Shown in pieces: positions 16,457-29,589 of a DNA stretch of 64,000 nucleotides. A program made the translations under genes and the position numbers. The stretch's first letter is position 1, and each line of letters starts with the position of its first letter. The DNA comes from Eledone cirrhosa (Eukaryota), in assembly GCA_964016885.1 (NCBI GenBank), contig OZ024744.1, positions 14,012,001 to 14,076,000 on the forward strand. The letters run 5' to 3'. The notes beneath the pieces are model-generated. The model saw nothing but the letters and a program-made list of their open reading frames with translations. It ran no database searches and was not told where the DNA came from.

Positions 16457-16735
16457 TTTGTGTGTGCGTATGTATATATATGTGTATGTATGCGTTGGTG
16501 CATACTTATACACCGGCCTAAAACTATACTTTAATGTTCTCATCATTATTTACTTTTACTATTTTAATAACCTCTGTCATTTCCGTGTAACAACTTTACA
16601 TTATTCTCAAACTCCGGAGCCGAGAATCATCCGGTTATTCTAGATAGAATATTAGTCTAACGTCTCCCTTTATACTATAAACCGTGGTTTTGTCTTTGCA
16701 AGAAATTGTTCTCATCGCTCCACATAACGACCTAA
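16457..16735 (+). repeat. Diverged direct copy of 17492-17750
   Basis: Shared TTTACTTTTACTATTTTAATAACCTCTGTCATTT..AAACTCCGG..TAGAATATTAGTCTAACG..GAAATTGTTCT..CCACATAA. Confidence 0.8.
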
Positions 16736-17019
16736 TTATAAAAAAAAACTAGAATTATTATTTACTGACCGCAATGAATACATACAATAGTGTATAATGC
16801 GAAGATGCGTTCTTGAACTCGGCGGGCAAAGCAAAATCACGAAATTCAATTCGCGTATTTCTGATAAATAAAGCAATTAAAAACCACACGCGTTGTAGCT
16901 CGTTATTCGCGCCAAATGAGTATTTAATAATATTTTTTTCAAGACGCTTTAAAGCGAGTTGGCTTACTTCCAGTTCGTGTAAAAAGCGAACAGAATGTGT
17001 GTGTGTATATATATATATA

Positions 17020-17460
17020 CTAGCAGAGTTACCCGGCGTTGCTCGGGTATTAAATAGCAGTTATGTATACCATTTATTTCAATACTTCAGTGCTGCTTCG
17101 AGAACTATACTTTTACAAAATCATCGGCTTTTTCCAAAAGGGGTTCCTGTCCCAGAGGTCCCTTACTCAATATGTGCCAATTCTGAGAGTTCACATTCAT
17201 CTGTAGAACAAACGTAACCCATGTGTCAAGTTTTATGAAAATCGGTGGTGAACTCCAGAAGTTATGACGTTTGTTGCATTGCACTGCAGTGCTTCAGTCG
17301 ACTCCAATGAAGCGGTTGAAGGGGGCTATCTGCCGGGAGGCCCTATAATCAATATCAGTAAAAACGAAAGTGCCCATGACCATCTGGAGTACATAAGTAA
17401 CCTATGTCTTAAGTTTGGTGAAAATACTGTAGAAATGCATAAGGTTTACACACACACACG
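17020..17460 (-). mobile_element. Non-autonomous Helitron (3' part)
   Basis: Minus-strand 3' end TACCCGAGCAACGCCGGGTA hairpin, then ACTCTG-CTAG|T; same terminus type as 63035. Confidence 0.75.
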
Positions 17461-17491
17461 CGTGCGTGTGTGTGTGTCGGGGGGTGTATGT

Positions 17492-17948
17492 ATTTGTGTG
17501 AGCGTATGTATATGTATGTGTATGTCCATCGGGGCATACGTATGTACTGGCCCAAATCTTCACTATTTACTTTTACTATTTTAATAACCTCTGTCATTTT
17601 CGTTTTCAATTTTATTTACATCATTCTTAAACTCCGGGGCTGGAAACCATTGGATTATTTTAAATAGAATATTAGTCTAACGACTCCATTTATACCATAA
17701 ACTTGGTCTCATCTTTGCATGAAATTGTTCTTCTCGGTCCACATAATGACGTATTATCCTCGCTTTTTTCCGTTCATTACCAGGGAACGTCTTCACAAAC
17801 CAAAATATCGTCTTCCTGTTATCCTTCGGTTGCAACGTTTCTCGAAATATTTACTTCTGCGTTCACAGATTAAATTTTTTAGTTTCAGAAGATCCCGTTA
17901 ATGTTGAAAGCAGCGATTCTTTGCTTAAACTTTAATCTGTTCTTATAA
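17492..17948 (+). repeat. Longest copy of the unclassified (TA)n-terminated repeat
   Basis: The 3' ~200 bp match 8172-8378; the 5' part matches 16457-16735. Confidence 0.8.
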
Positions 17949-17982
17949 CAAATATATATATATATATATAGGAAAAAGTATA

Positions 17983-18078
17983 ACCCCGACGGTAGAGCTC
18001 AAGCCGTTTCGACGGCTATTTCTGGACTAAATTAGAATTTTTAGCCTGGTGAATAAATAGCCGAACTTGTCAAGGGGT
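17983..18078 (-). ncRNA. Type I hammerhead ribozyme, U3:A8 variant, long stem II
   Basis: ACCCC TTGACAA G..CGGCTATTT...AAATAGCCG TC GAAA CGG-CTTGAGCTCTA-CCG TC GGGGT. Confidence 0.8.
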
Positions 18079-18851
18079 ACTTCCTGATATGGGAAGATTG
18101 TAGTTGTCAAGAGGATTGGTTAAAATTTGTTGTAAACACAAATAAGTCTATCATGGCATTTGGTGGGAGGTAGGGGTGGCTGAACTTGCCTGTAGAACAA
18201 TAGGGGAGTGAGTGGAGCGGTCAAGCGTTGAAGGTGATATGTATACAGCAGATTCTAAGGAAAGTGTATGAAGTGGAGGAGGGAGGTTATAGAATAGGTA
18301 AATCGAATGAGAGTAGGAGACAATAAAAGATAATAGAAAGAACTAAACAAATATATAAAATTAGATAGTGCGAAATGAATAAAAAAATCACAATGCTATC
18401 TTACAATTACAGGTTAATAAGTTGAGAATAGAAAAAAACTTGTAGAATGAGTAGTAACAAAACTGATACAAAATTAAAGGGGTTTTAACACATCTGCTAT
18501 AAGTAGTTAGTAAAACGTATTCGGCCAATTCTATCTTAAAATTACAGGGGTGGGGGAACTGATGCTACAGAGGCCCGATGGGCTGCATCGGGGGAGGCGA
18601 AAGGGGTAAAGCAGACGAGGAAGAAAATAGGGGGTGGAAGGAGGTGATAGGATGAGACAGGGGGAAGAAGACGACAAAGAGGAAAAGAAAAGAGATACAT
18701 CTACCTATGTAAGCTGGGGTTTCCCCTAACTTATTCGGCAAGTGGGGGGGTTATCAGCCCTTGTTTACCCACCCTGGTCGTTATGGGGTTTGAGGGCGAG
18801 GTAAGTCCTACGCAATCTGTGTTTGCATGCGGTTACCTTATAAGGAAGTAC

Positions 18852-18945
18852 CCCCTTGACAAGTTCGGCTATTTATTTACCAGGTTAAAAATTCTAATTT
18901 AGTCCAGAAATAGCCGTCGAAACGGCTTGAGCTCTGCCGTCGGGG
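18852..18945 (+). ncRNA. Type I hammerhead ribozyme, U3:A8 variant (inverted copy)
   Basis: CCCC TTGACAA ... GAAA CGGC-TTGAGCTCT-GCCG TC GGGG. Confidence 0.82.
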
Positions 18946-19199
18946 TCATACTTTTTCCTATTTCCCACTCTACTACCCTAAGTATTGAATACACTGGTGC
19001 GTTATGGTCCATCTGGTTCCTTACCACAATTCCTTTGTTATATATATGTATATATATATATATATAGTTGTGTATAGTGGTAGCTATGGTGCTTCCATAG
19101 GCGGTATGCCAAAATTAGCACTCGATATTCATCAGAGTAGAGTATAGATATTATAAAGGAAACGAAAAATCAGTGATGTATCTGGACTTAGTTTATTTC

Positions 19200-19289
19200 G
19201 TGTTACAAATGTTTCGCCGTCATGTAGCTCGAGTCATGGTCCTTGTATGGATCTGGCCCTATTCTATTTCTGCTGGTTCTTTCAGACAC
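19200..19289 (-). ncRNA. Hammerhead-like motif with one extra core base and branched stem II
   Basis: GTGT CTGAAAGA ACC...(~55 nt, internal hairpins)...GGC GAAA CA-TT-TG TA ACAC. Lies in an ORF-less segment (19066-19850) between (TA)n tracts. Confidence 0.55.
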
Positions 19290-19906
19290 AGGTGTTACGT
19301 CCGGAACAAATTTTATCACTGGGGTGTTATCATCAAAACAACACCCTCAAAAGACCCTAATTCTACTCTTGTCATGCCATTGGCTGTTTTTACTCCACGT
19401 CATCACAAGTTCTGGTCAGTATCTGCTGCCACACGGTTCATCAACCCTTTTCCGTCCGACACATTGCAATGGAGTCATGCTGGATTCAGTACTTCACACG
19501 TCTGCTCACACTTCAGATTAAGCACCCACACGTACTAGAATACACACATAAAAACACACACACACATGCAGACACATACCTACCTATGCATACACACTCG
19601 TACGCCTACATGCGCAGACCCCCCCCCACATACATACATCGCAGTATATATACTCACATACCCTCTCTCCCTCACTTCCACGGACCCAGTCACACCCACT
19701 TGTTGATACATATCGGCACACGCCTTCTGACGGTTGTTTACGCCGCGCTCTGTATCAATTAGGATAAGCATATCCGACTGAAACGAACACATATATTCAT
19801 AAATACGCGCGCACATACACATTCGCGCAACCTTCTATACATTTAGATATATATATATATAGTGACGAAACATAAGTCAATTGCATGAACTCATAATCCT
19901 TTATTT

Positions 19907-19962
19907 ACTGCTATATATATTTCGATGATAGCCATTGAATGGCTATGACTTCATCAGGCAGT
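19907..19962 (-). ncRNA. Type I hammerhead ribozyme
   Basis: ACTGC CTGATGA AGTC-ATAGCCATT-C-AATGGCTAT-CATC GAAA TATATA TA GCAGT; perfect 5 bp stem I, palindromic stem III. Confidence 0.8.
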
Positions 19963-20238
19963 TAGTCAGTTCTTAGAATGCCAGCTCTGTGTTTATAGTG
20001 TTGATGGTATCAGAGCATTGGGACATATGAGCTTGTTAGGAATAATTTAATTGGTCAGTTTGTAGATGCTAGTAGGGTTGGTATTTGACCTCAAAGAGGC
20101 AGGTGTTGTTGTAAAGTTCAAACCGTCAGGCAAGATGACAATAGTTCCACATGACTGATTTTCACAAAAAGCATTCCTGGTCAGATATATATTCAATTAA
20201 GGTTAATAGTATGAAAAAGATACTACAGGTCATTCTTA

Positions 20239-20530
20239 AATTGAGGAATTTATGTGGAGTGGTGCTACTGAAAATTATGGTTAGAGTAGAAAATTTACAA
20301 ATAAAAAGACTTATGTAGGTTGGCTTGCACTACACTCACACCCACCTCCACAGACACACGCACACATCCACACATACAAATTGAGGAATTAATGTGGGGT
20401 GGCAATACTTAAAATAATGGTTAGAGTCAAATACTTAGATAGTTTAGAAAATTTAGAAATAAAAGGCTTATGTTGGTTGACTTGTACATACACTCACACC
20501 TACCCCATCAGACATACACATCTACACACA
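20239..20530 (+). repeat. Two diverged tandem ~140 bp units
   Basis: AATTGAGGAATT.ATGTGG.GTGG..TGGTTAGAGT..ACACTCACACC at 20239 and 20379. Confidence 0.8.
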
Positions 20531-20579
20531 CAAATCCATACAGATGTGTATATATATATATGTACGCACAAGTATATAT

Positions 20580-20610
<31 letters not shown>

Positions 20611-20758
20611 GAAACACATATATATATAAAATATATATATAAAAAATATATATATATAAAATATACATACATATAAAATACACACATATATAAAATATAC
20701 ATACATATATATATATAAAATACACATATACATATATATATATAATATATATATATAA

Positions 20759-20806
<48 letters not shown>

Positions 20807-20864
20807 CACATATATACACATATAAAATATATACATATATACACATAATATATATATATATATA

Positions 20865-23626
20865 ATCAGGTTCAATAAAACGTGGTTTTGATGACTCCTA
20901 ACCAGTAGCGGATCTGGTGGACCATCCACCATAGGGACCACAAACTATGGGTGGTTGTTGTTGTCCATTGGTCATTGGTACGGGGTGTAGGGGACCTACA
21001 GGGGGTGGGGGCATTGTGGGAGGCCTTAACCGGGGTTTATCCATATAGCTTGAAGAAAGTTCCCGTCCTTAGGTGTCTACAGGCACCGAATAAGACGGTC
21101 CTTCTGTTTAATAGCTTGGTTCCGCCATGAAGTATCTCGAGTGTCTCACTAAGACAGAGGTTGCAAATACCAGACCCGCCTCTGTCTGAAGGAACCTTTC
21201 TAACCACGGACCAGACCAGAGAGTGCGGGGTCTTTTCAAGTTTGAGCTTGCAGATCAATTCAGAAAGGGCTGTACATTTCCTGTTGTCTATTCTGTTAAA
21301 GGAATGGCGATAGTTATACCACCGATCTTTGAAGCTCGTCGCTGTGGATCCTATGTAGTGGTGCTCCGAGTTAGGAGTTGTGACCTTGCACCTGTAGACT
21401 ACGTTTGTCGTCATGCATTCATTACTAACGGGGCATAGTGATGGGTCTCTGCAGTTACCTGACTTCTTAAACCCCACCACATTTACCTCGTGGTTACCAT
21501 AACTCGGGGTTGGCTAAGTAGCCTCCGCAACAGCCCAGGGTCGTTGGGTTCCGGTGTGGTAGTTGGACCTGTCCTTGTTCCGGTGCGTCCCGCGTGCTGG
21601 TTCTGTTGGGTGGCTCCGGGGTTTACGGTGGTATTAGAGGCAGTGAGCCTATTCCTATTTATGCCAGCTATGCGCTGGGCTACGGAGCGTGTGGTTGAGT
21701 AGGAAAGTTTCACCGTGTGCCTGTTGAATATTTTATGGTACTTGTGGGCCCTAGGGAAACATTTATCCAGTACTCTAAAGAATGTTCTAGCCAGGCTGGT
21801 ACGTAGACCCACCGAGTACGGAGGGTTATACCATGTGACCTTCCTGGTCCTATTCTTGAGGGGTTGTTGGGTGTCCGCCGTGGTCCATCGCGTGGTTGTG
21901 CACAGCTCAGGTCGAGCTCGGTATGTGTCACTCAGGTGTGCGGAGCGGTCAATATCATGAGGGTTATATGGGCCCACCGTGGGGCTATAAACCTGCGAGG
22001 TGCGGCCTCCCTGCTCAATTAGGGTTCGGTGGGTGGTGGGGCCGGTGCAGGGGTGCCTATGCTCCGCAGCACAGTGGTCTTCAGCGTTGTAGGTATTAGA
22101 CCAGTGGGGTATGCGGGACCTTCTACGGATAGGGGTCTGGGAGTGTTACTACTGGTCACCGAGGTATTAGGTGGGCAACTCATGCCCCTGAGGGTATTGG
22201 TCTGGGGTACCCTTGGGTCATCTCTATCATGTCTCTTAGGGTTGTAGCTGATCCTATGGATGTGGGACGCCTTGGCTAGCGCTGAGTTATAGTAATCAGC
22301 GTTACTATTGAAGATCTCTTTATTGGCCGACAAGTTAGAGATCCTGTCAGAGACACTCTTAACTACGGCCTTAATTATAGATCTAGGGTGATTGGACCCA
22401 GCGTTGATATCCACCAGCTTCTCATTGGGTTTATGATATGGGTGGTGTAGCTTGGTGTTGAGTTTGAGGAAATTCACTACTTTTCTATTGGTTCCATTTC
22501 TACTTTAAGTCCTACCTTGCTAAAGAAGTGCCTAATTCTCCTCTTCATATCTTTGACCATTGTACGGTGAAGAGTGCGTCGTCTCGGTACAGCCCGCCAC
22601 CCAGGTTGGGTATTTCTCTTGTAGAGTATGTATATCCCAACCAAGTCGGTTAGCTGCGCGGAGTCACAGGAGCCCATTGTAATGTCAAAATTATTTGGCC
22701 AGTCGCTCCGGGTCCATATGTCCTCACTGAATCGGATCAGGGTCTTTCTGGCGGCGTGTATGATTCGAACCTCGCCGTGTGTTAGGTCTGTCCTATTCAT
22801 CGCGAATATGAGTGCCTTGTTCAGGACTATGGGCGAGATAGAGGAGTAGTAATTGTTGATGTCTAGTTGTATGAAGCTAGTCCTATTTGTCAGGTAAAAA
22901 TGTAAACCAGTCCAGCACCTGGCTGGTGCAGAACCAGAGTTGTAACCTTATTTTACTCTTAAGTGTGGGCAGGATCCTATCTAAAATGCTTTTGCTAATA
23001 ACCCCCATGTTTGACCGGGAGGGGGCTATTAGTCTGACCGGCAGGTTAGACTCGAAGTTTGGTTTGTGGTCCTTAATGGTAATTCTCGGCTCCCTTGGTT
23101 GGTATGGGGCCGTCCTATCATCTATACCAAGACCAGATACGATCTCATAAGCGTTGATGTTGATATCCTCCAGGGTAGCCTCGGGCGTTTTTTTTTTGTA
23201 GCTTTTTCTCAATTCCCTGAGGATTAGCTCATGGTAAAGTTGAACGTCCATGCTGTAAAGGTTGTTGGTTTTGTCGGCATGGACGAGTATTCCTGTAGAT
23301 TCCTTAAGCTCGGTAATTCCATTTTCCACTCGTCTAAGGTACTCTCGACTCCGGTATGGTTGGTCGGAAAATTTGATGTTGGAACTGATGTCAAACATTT
23401 CGTTCTCGAACTCTTCCAATAGTCGGGGGGGGGTTCTTCTTGATCTGAAGAGGCACTCCATGGTTTTTTGGTTATTAATATTGGGGTTTCCTCTATCAAA
23501 GTGGTAAGCCCTCCACCTCATCCTGCGTATTAGGGAGTCAGTACACTTAGTGAGATTCCTGGTGTATTCTCTTTTATCCGGTAATGGGATGTCCTTCAGT
23601 GATGCCAGAGTGGTGAGTTTATTCAT
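20865..23626 (-). mobile_element. Naiad-like Penelope element, near full-length, decayed
   Basis: SLKDIP..RRMRWRA, ADKTNNLY, ITIKDHKPNF..VRLI, FDITMGSCDSAQLTDLVG, WYNPPYS, VKLSYS, NC..CP..C..NVVY.C..YIGSTATSFKDR, CNLCLSE, LNRR..CRH. Confidence 0.92.
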
Positions 23627-23842
23627 ATTGGCTGCGGTCCGGTGTATATATATATATATATATACACACTCATACACACACACATATACACACATGTGTA
23701 TACACACACACATATATATATATATATACACACACACATACATACATACACACGTAGATGTATACTCACACATGTCCAAACATATATACGAATACACATA
23801 CGTAGATAAACATTACCTACACACGTACATACACACACACAC

Positions 23843-23889
<47 letters not shown>

Positions 23890-23901
<12 letters not shown>

Positions 23902-24206
23902 TACACACAAAAGAAAAGAAAAGGGACAACTTATCATGCGTACGCCCATCCACATATATACATACAAATACCCACGCATATGCCGATATACATACATCTA
24001 CACATGCATACGCATACGTATTGCCACATGCACACACCTGCACGCATGCACATCTTCCTACACACACAAAAGTGCCACCACATATACATATATAAACACA
24101 CCTGTAAGTGAACAGTTAAAAAATACATTATGCAATAGAAATAGTATAATGACGGTAAAATTATCGTAACATAAAAAATATACAATGTAATATAATATAC
24201 AATATG

Positions 24207-24210
<4 letters not shown>
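23890..24210 (+). repeat. Left arm of outer inverted repeat (partner 29584-29903)
   Basis: CACACAAAAGAAAAGAAAAGGGACAAC...TACAATATGA is the reverse complement of 29584-29903; ORF translations mirror each other ([14 protein letters not shown]). Confidence 0.9.
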
Positions 24211-24238
<28 letters not shown>

Positions 24239-24269
24239 AGATCAAAAGATGGTTAAAGGAGTTCCATAT

Positions 24270-24338
24270 ATTTTATTATGCGCATTTCAAAAACAAACAT
24301 CATCATGCAATAATATTTGTGTTTTCATCAGTTAAAAT
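24270..24338 (-). ncRNA. Type I hammerhead ribozyme
   Basis: Inverted copy of 27215-27283 with one stem I mismatch. Confidence 0.8.
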
Positions 24339-27214
24339 AGGAGAACATGATATGAAGGCTAAAAAACACTTGTGGATAGTGCAGTTTTAAATCAACATAT
24401 GAAAAGTGGTTTTAGATTGATGTGTGATATTGGGAAAACAATATTTTATTTAGAGAGGGGGGGGATCATGAAAAGGGAAGGAGATGAGAGGGAGAGATGG
24501 GTGATAGAGAGAAAGAGATAGTTTTTATAACTGAGAGGAGATATATTTTTTACATAGAGAGGTTGAAAACCGTTGGAAGATACTGTATAAATTAAAAATT
24601 TTGAAAATTAACGAAGGGAGGATATGTGCGAGGAAAAAATATTTTATTTAGGGAGGGGGGGGGTGGAAGGATGAACAAAAAGGGGGAGGAGATGAGAGTG
24701 AAGGTGGAGAGGGAGAGATGGGTGATAGAGAGTAAGAGATAGTTTTTATAACTGAGAAAAAGATATATTGTTTTAATATAGAGAGGTTGGGAACCGTTGG
24801 AAGATAATGTATAAATTAAAGGAATTTGAAAATTAACGAAGGGACATTATGTATGAAGATAGAGAGAAAAAAATAATAATTGTGGGTGAATATTCTAACG
24901 TCAAAAAAAGAAATGTATGTATGTGGCAATTTCAAAATTAGCGAAGAGAAAAATTGTTAAGGTTTGTGTGTAGAAGGATTTGAGAAAAATAATGTGAAGT
25001 TAAAGTTTGTATATTGATTGAATTGATAATATGTGCGAATAAAGAGTTAATATGTATTAATAATGAGTTCGTTGATGGGGAGAAAATAATAATAATAATA
25101 AATTAAGGATGAAATTGAGATTAAAAAGATTTATGATAGAGAGAAAAAATAATAATGATTGCGGATGAATATTCTAATGACAAAACAAATGTTATGATTT
25201 TACAAGAAGATAGAATGAGGGTAATGAGTAAACAAGTATTATAGAGTGAATAATGCCCTTTAAAGTAAGGTAGATGGGTATATTTTAAAGAGGTGTATGT
25301 ATATGTGCCTTTGAGAAAAGATTCTAAATTGATAAAGAATTGAATATTAACTGTATACTTTGTGAAAAGTTCTATGGAATTTATGCAGGCAGATAGAAAA
25401 CAAATCTGAGCGTCTATTTATTATAGAATCTAGGTTAGAGATAATGGTAAATTTTTCATTTAGGCAGAGATTACAGATTTTAGATAGAGAGCTGTTCAAG
25501 TATGAGGATGCAGAAGAAATCTTCTTCCAAAAGATGGTATATTTAATGTTTTTGTCTTTTAAGGACCATATGAGTTCTGAGAGAGCAGTGTTAGTTCTTT
25601 TAAGTTTGTATTTGAAAGATGAATAATGATTATAGAGACGAGCTTTAAAAGAGGTGGAAGTGGAGCCAAAATAGGTGAAGGAATTGGTGCTAGTTATAAT
25701 TTTACATTCATAAATTAAGTTTTTATCGAGGCAATGGTTGTTGAGAGGACATTTATTTTTAATGCGGCAGTTGCAATTAGAGAGATTATTAATGAGTGAT
25801 CTAGTGTTATCTATAGAAGGAATTGGATTGGAGAAGTTGTTTGCGATAGGAATAATAGGAATAATAGTTTCTTGATTTAGAGTCGGATTATGAACATTTA
25901 GCGAAGTTGTGTTTGACGTTGTATTTGGGTTTACAGAAGTTAGCCTAGGGTTTACAATGACGTCGGGAGTACTATTACTGTTATTATGAAATTCAATATT
26001 GGAAGGAAGAGATTTAGTATTTAATATTTTGTTGTTGTGTTTAGAGATGATGTTGGAAATATTGGAGGATGTAGAATACGAAAATTTGATGGTGTGTTTG
26101 TTAAATATTTTACTATAGATATGTGAGGGAGGGAAGCATTTATTTAAGGCACTAAAAAATAATTTAGGAATATTGTTATTAATAGAGATGGAGAAAGGAG
26201 CATTTAGAATCAATTTAGAATCAATTTAGAATCTTTTCTCAAAGGCACATATACATACACCTCTTTAAAATATACCCATCTACCTTACTTTAAAGGGCAT
26301 TATACACTCTATAATACTTGTTTACTCATTACCCTCATTCTATCTTCTTGTAAAATCATAACATTTGTTTTGTCATTAGAATATTCATCCGCAATCATTA
26401 TTATTTTTTCTCTCTATCATAAATCTTTTTAATCTCAATTTCATCCTTAATTTATTATTATTATTATTTTCTCCCCATCAACGAACTCATTATTAATACA
26501 TATTAACTCTTTATTCGCACATATTATCAATTCAATCAATATACAAACTTTAACTTCACATTATTTTTCTCAAATCCTTCTACACACAAACCTTAACAAT
26601 TTTTCTCTTCGCTAATTTTGAAATTGTCACAATACATACATTCCTTTTTTTGACGTTAGAATATTCACCCACAATTATTATTTTTTTCTCTCTATCTTCA
26701 TACATAATTTCCCTTCGTTAATTTTCAAATTCCTTTAATTTATACATTATCTTCCAACGGTTCCCAACCTCTCTATATTAAAACAATATATCTTTTTCTC
26801 AGTTATAAAAACTATCTCTTTCTCTCTATCACCCATCTCTCCCTCTCCACCTTCACTCTCATCTCCTCCCCCTTTTTTTTCATCCTTCCACCCCCCTCCC
26901 TAAATAAAATATTTTTTCCTCGCACATATCCTCCCTTCGTTAATTTTCAAAATTTTTAATTTATACAGTATCTTCCAACGGTTTTCAACCTCTCTATGTA
27001 AAAAATATATCTCCTCTCAGTTATAAAAACTATCTCTTTCTCTCTATCACCCATCTCTCCCTCTCATCTCCTTCCCTTTTCATCCTCCCCCCCCCTCTCT
27101 AAATAAATTTTTTTTTTTCCCAATATCACACATCAATCTAAAACCACTTTTCATATGTTGATTTAAAACTGCACTATCCACAAGTGTTTTTTAGCCTTCA
27201 TATCATGTTCTCCT

Positions 27215-27283
27215 ATTTTATCTGATGAAAACACAAATATTATTGCATGATGATGTTTGTTTTTGAAATGCGCATAATAAAAT
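27215..27283 (+). ncRNA. Type I hammerhead ribozyme
   Basis: ATTTTAT CTGATGA AAAC-ACAAATATTATT-GCAT-GATGATGTTTGT-TTTT GAAA TGCGCA TA ATAAAAT. Confidence 0.9.
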
Positions 27284-27767
27284 ATATGGAACTCCTTTAA
27301 CCATCTTTTGATCTTATATTATGCATACTCCAGTCCCACAAACTGTAGAGTGCTTCTTATCCGATATCTGCATTGCTTTATTGTACTACAATAAAACTCA
27401 CATCCTACATATATATATATATATATATCGCCCTATTATACATATATACACACACATATATACACATATATATATATACACAACCACACATACACACACA
27501 CACACGTACACGGACTCATACATACATATACGGATATATACGGATATATATAGAGTATATGTGATAACATAATACAACAAGAATAATAGTAATAATAAAA
27601 CAAGCATATATAGTCCCTATATAATCATCCGCAGACATTCCTATGAGATGCACATAAACACATACTTGTAGGCACAAGTACATATACACACATATATAGG
27701 CCCGCATATGCATGCACCTGCACCCACATACACATCCACATATATACACATACACACACACATATAT

Positions 27768-27887
27768 ATCGTAAAAGTAAAAATTAATATATAAAATAAT
27801 ATAATAAAAAGGAGTATGAAAGTAAAATTCTACTTTCATACTCCTTTTTATTATATTATTTTATATATTAATTTTTACTTTTACGAT
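27768..27887. repeat. Perfect ~57 bp-stem hairpin with 6 nt loop
   Basis: ATCGTAAAAGT...GGAGTATGAAAGTA AAATTC TACTTTCATACTCC...TTTTACGAT. Confidence 0.92.
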
Positions 27888-28151
27888 CCTTCCTATCCTC
27901 CATAGTTTCACTTATTTCTGTTCCCATTGGTCTACCATAGTTTTATTTAGAGTTTTTTCTTTGATAACGTAATTCGTCTGAACAGATCATAATGTATATT
28001 AAATTATAGTCTTTATTAAAATACCCTAAATTTATACGACTTTGATGACTTAAAATTTATTCCATTCGAAGGGACCAATAATATCTTTTAAGCAATTTAA
28101 ATATTAATTAATTTAATAAGGTTTTCTATTCAATTCTTTAGTTTAGAATAA

Positions 28152-28335
28152 TAATTGTTTCTATTTTAGGCACAAGGCCAGCAAATACCCAGTACGTTAC
28201 TGGTACTTTACTTTATCGACCCCCGTAAGGATGAAAGGCAAAGTTAACCTCGGCGGGATTTGAACTCAGATCAGAAAGGGACGTAACTCTATGCGTCAAA
28301 GCATGGCGTCCGACCCTCTACCGATACTGCCTATC
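28152..28335 (-). mobile_element. tRNA-derived SINE
   Basis: Minus strand: A-box-like AGGCAGTATCGG, B-box GAGTTCAAATCC, central GCCTTTCATCCTTACGGGG.TCGATAAAG, tail GGCCTTGTGCCTAAAATAGAAAC. Confidence 0.88.
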
Positions 28336-29389
28336 TTCTATATTTACATATTAAAGCGTTAAACATTCGTAACTTGCTTGTTTTTGTTTTTTGTTTTTGT
28401 TTTTGTATTTCATTTTATTTTGTTTTATTTATGTTTTTACTACCACATGCTGTTTGTCCTCCTATCATCATCATTATTATTTCTTCACTATCACTTGCTG
28501 TTCGTCTTCCTATAATATACTTTGCATCATAACATGCCTCCCTATATTAATATATCAATCGCGTAAATATCTCTTAAACATTTTCCATTGACTCTGTCTG
28601 TCTGCATTTATATACTTTTATATTATTATATTATTTATTATTATAATATTAACATTTATATATCATATTGTTTCTCTGTAATTGTATTATACGTATTGAT
28701 ATAAGTCAGATATTTAAGGTACTGTTTTGTAATAATTTGTAATATTTTATGAATGTAAACTCCATATACCTCTGTATATTTATTATCATTACTCTATGTA
28801 TTTACATATATATATATTTGTTCAACATACTTCAGCTTTATGATATTTTTTCTTACCCTGTGAAAAACTTTATGTACAATTTGTTGACAATAAGTGATAT
28901 GTATGATGAAGTTTTGTATATATTTTTTGATGTCAGTAGATTATTCTATTATTTTTTGTTTAACTTATATTTTTTTGTATAGTTTATTATTTTTTGTATA
29001 GTTTATGCCCACCGTCAGGGTGTTTTTATATTGTAGAGAGTATATTTATACTTATTAAGTGTTAGTATGTGTTTGTGTAAGTGTGTATATATATGGATAT
29101 ATATATATATACATATATTAAGCTTTATATTTCTTATTACCCATTATATTGTATTCTATATCATATTGTAATTCCCACATTGTATTACCATGTTGTATGT
29201 AATGTATTTATCTTATACTGTAATATCAACGTTGGTTTGACATTTTACTCACTTTATTGCCCTATAGTCTATATTTGTAACTGCATACTTTTTCGTTCAT
29301 ATCTCTCATAAGCTTTCATGATTATGTATTCCCTATTCTTCTGAGTTTTGGCTAGTTTCTGGCCGTTAATGCTTCTTATCTGTTTACTT

Positions 29390-29430
29390 GCCCTGATGAG
29401 TTCTGATTAATGGGACGAAACATTGTAGGC
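29390..29430 (+). ncRNA. Minimal type I hammerhead ribozyme
   Basis: GCC CTGATGA GTTCT-GATTAAT-GGGAC GAAA C-ATT-G TA GGC. Confidence 0.88.
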
Positions 29431-29512
29431 TAATAAAGACTTTTGATGTATTGAAGGCTTCTTTGTCTATTTTTATAATTTTTCGGCTCAAAATCACTCT
29501 AGTATTTTAATT

Positions 29513-29583
<71 letters not shown>

Positions 29584-29589
<6 letters not shown>

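Larger units (their letters stand above)
17970..19040 (-). mobile_element. PLE 3' end (same family as 1-1331) with short inverted pLTR
   Basis: 18785-18830 matches window bases 10-57 (end of the GIY-YIG ORF). Inverted repeat 17970-18085 / 18844-18961. Both ends at (TA)n. Confidence 0.85.
24231..27410 (-). mobile_element. 5'-truncated Naiad-like PLE with ~1.1 kb inverted pLTRs
   Basis: ORF 25347-26213 (thumb + CNC/CPL + YFGSTSTSFK + CNLCLNEK). Inverted repeat 24231-25331 / 26221-27321. Extra tail at 27322-27410. Confidence 0.93.
27888..29515 (+). mobile_element. ORF-less PLE 3' UTR/pLTR related to 36520-37982
   Basis: CCCATTGG.CTACCATA..GATAACGT (27925 vs 36558) and the terminal HHR region (29330-29480 vs 37838-37982) align. 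Interrupted by a SINE; ends at (TA)n. Confidence 0.75.

Noticed and set aside
17675-17745. CTAACGA...GAAA TTG..CGG TC possible decayed hammerhead
   Set aside because: Core mutated and stems I/II unsupported.
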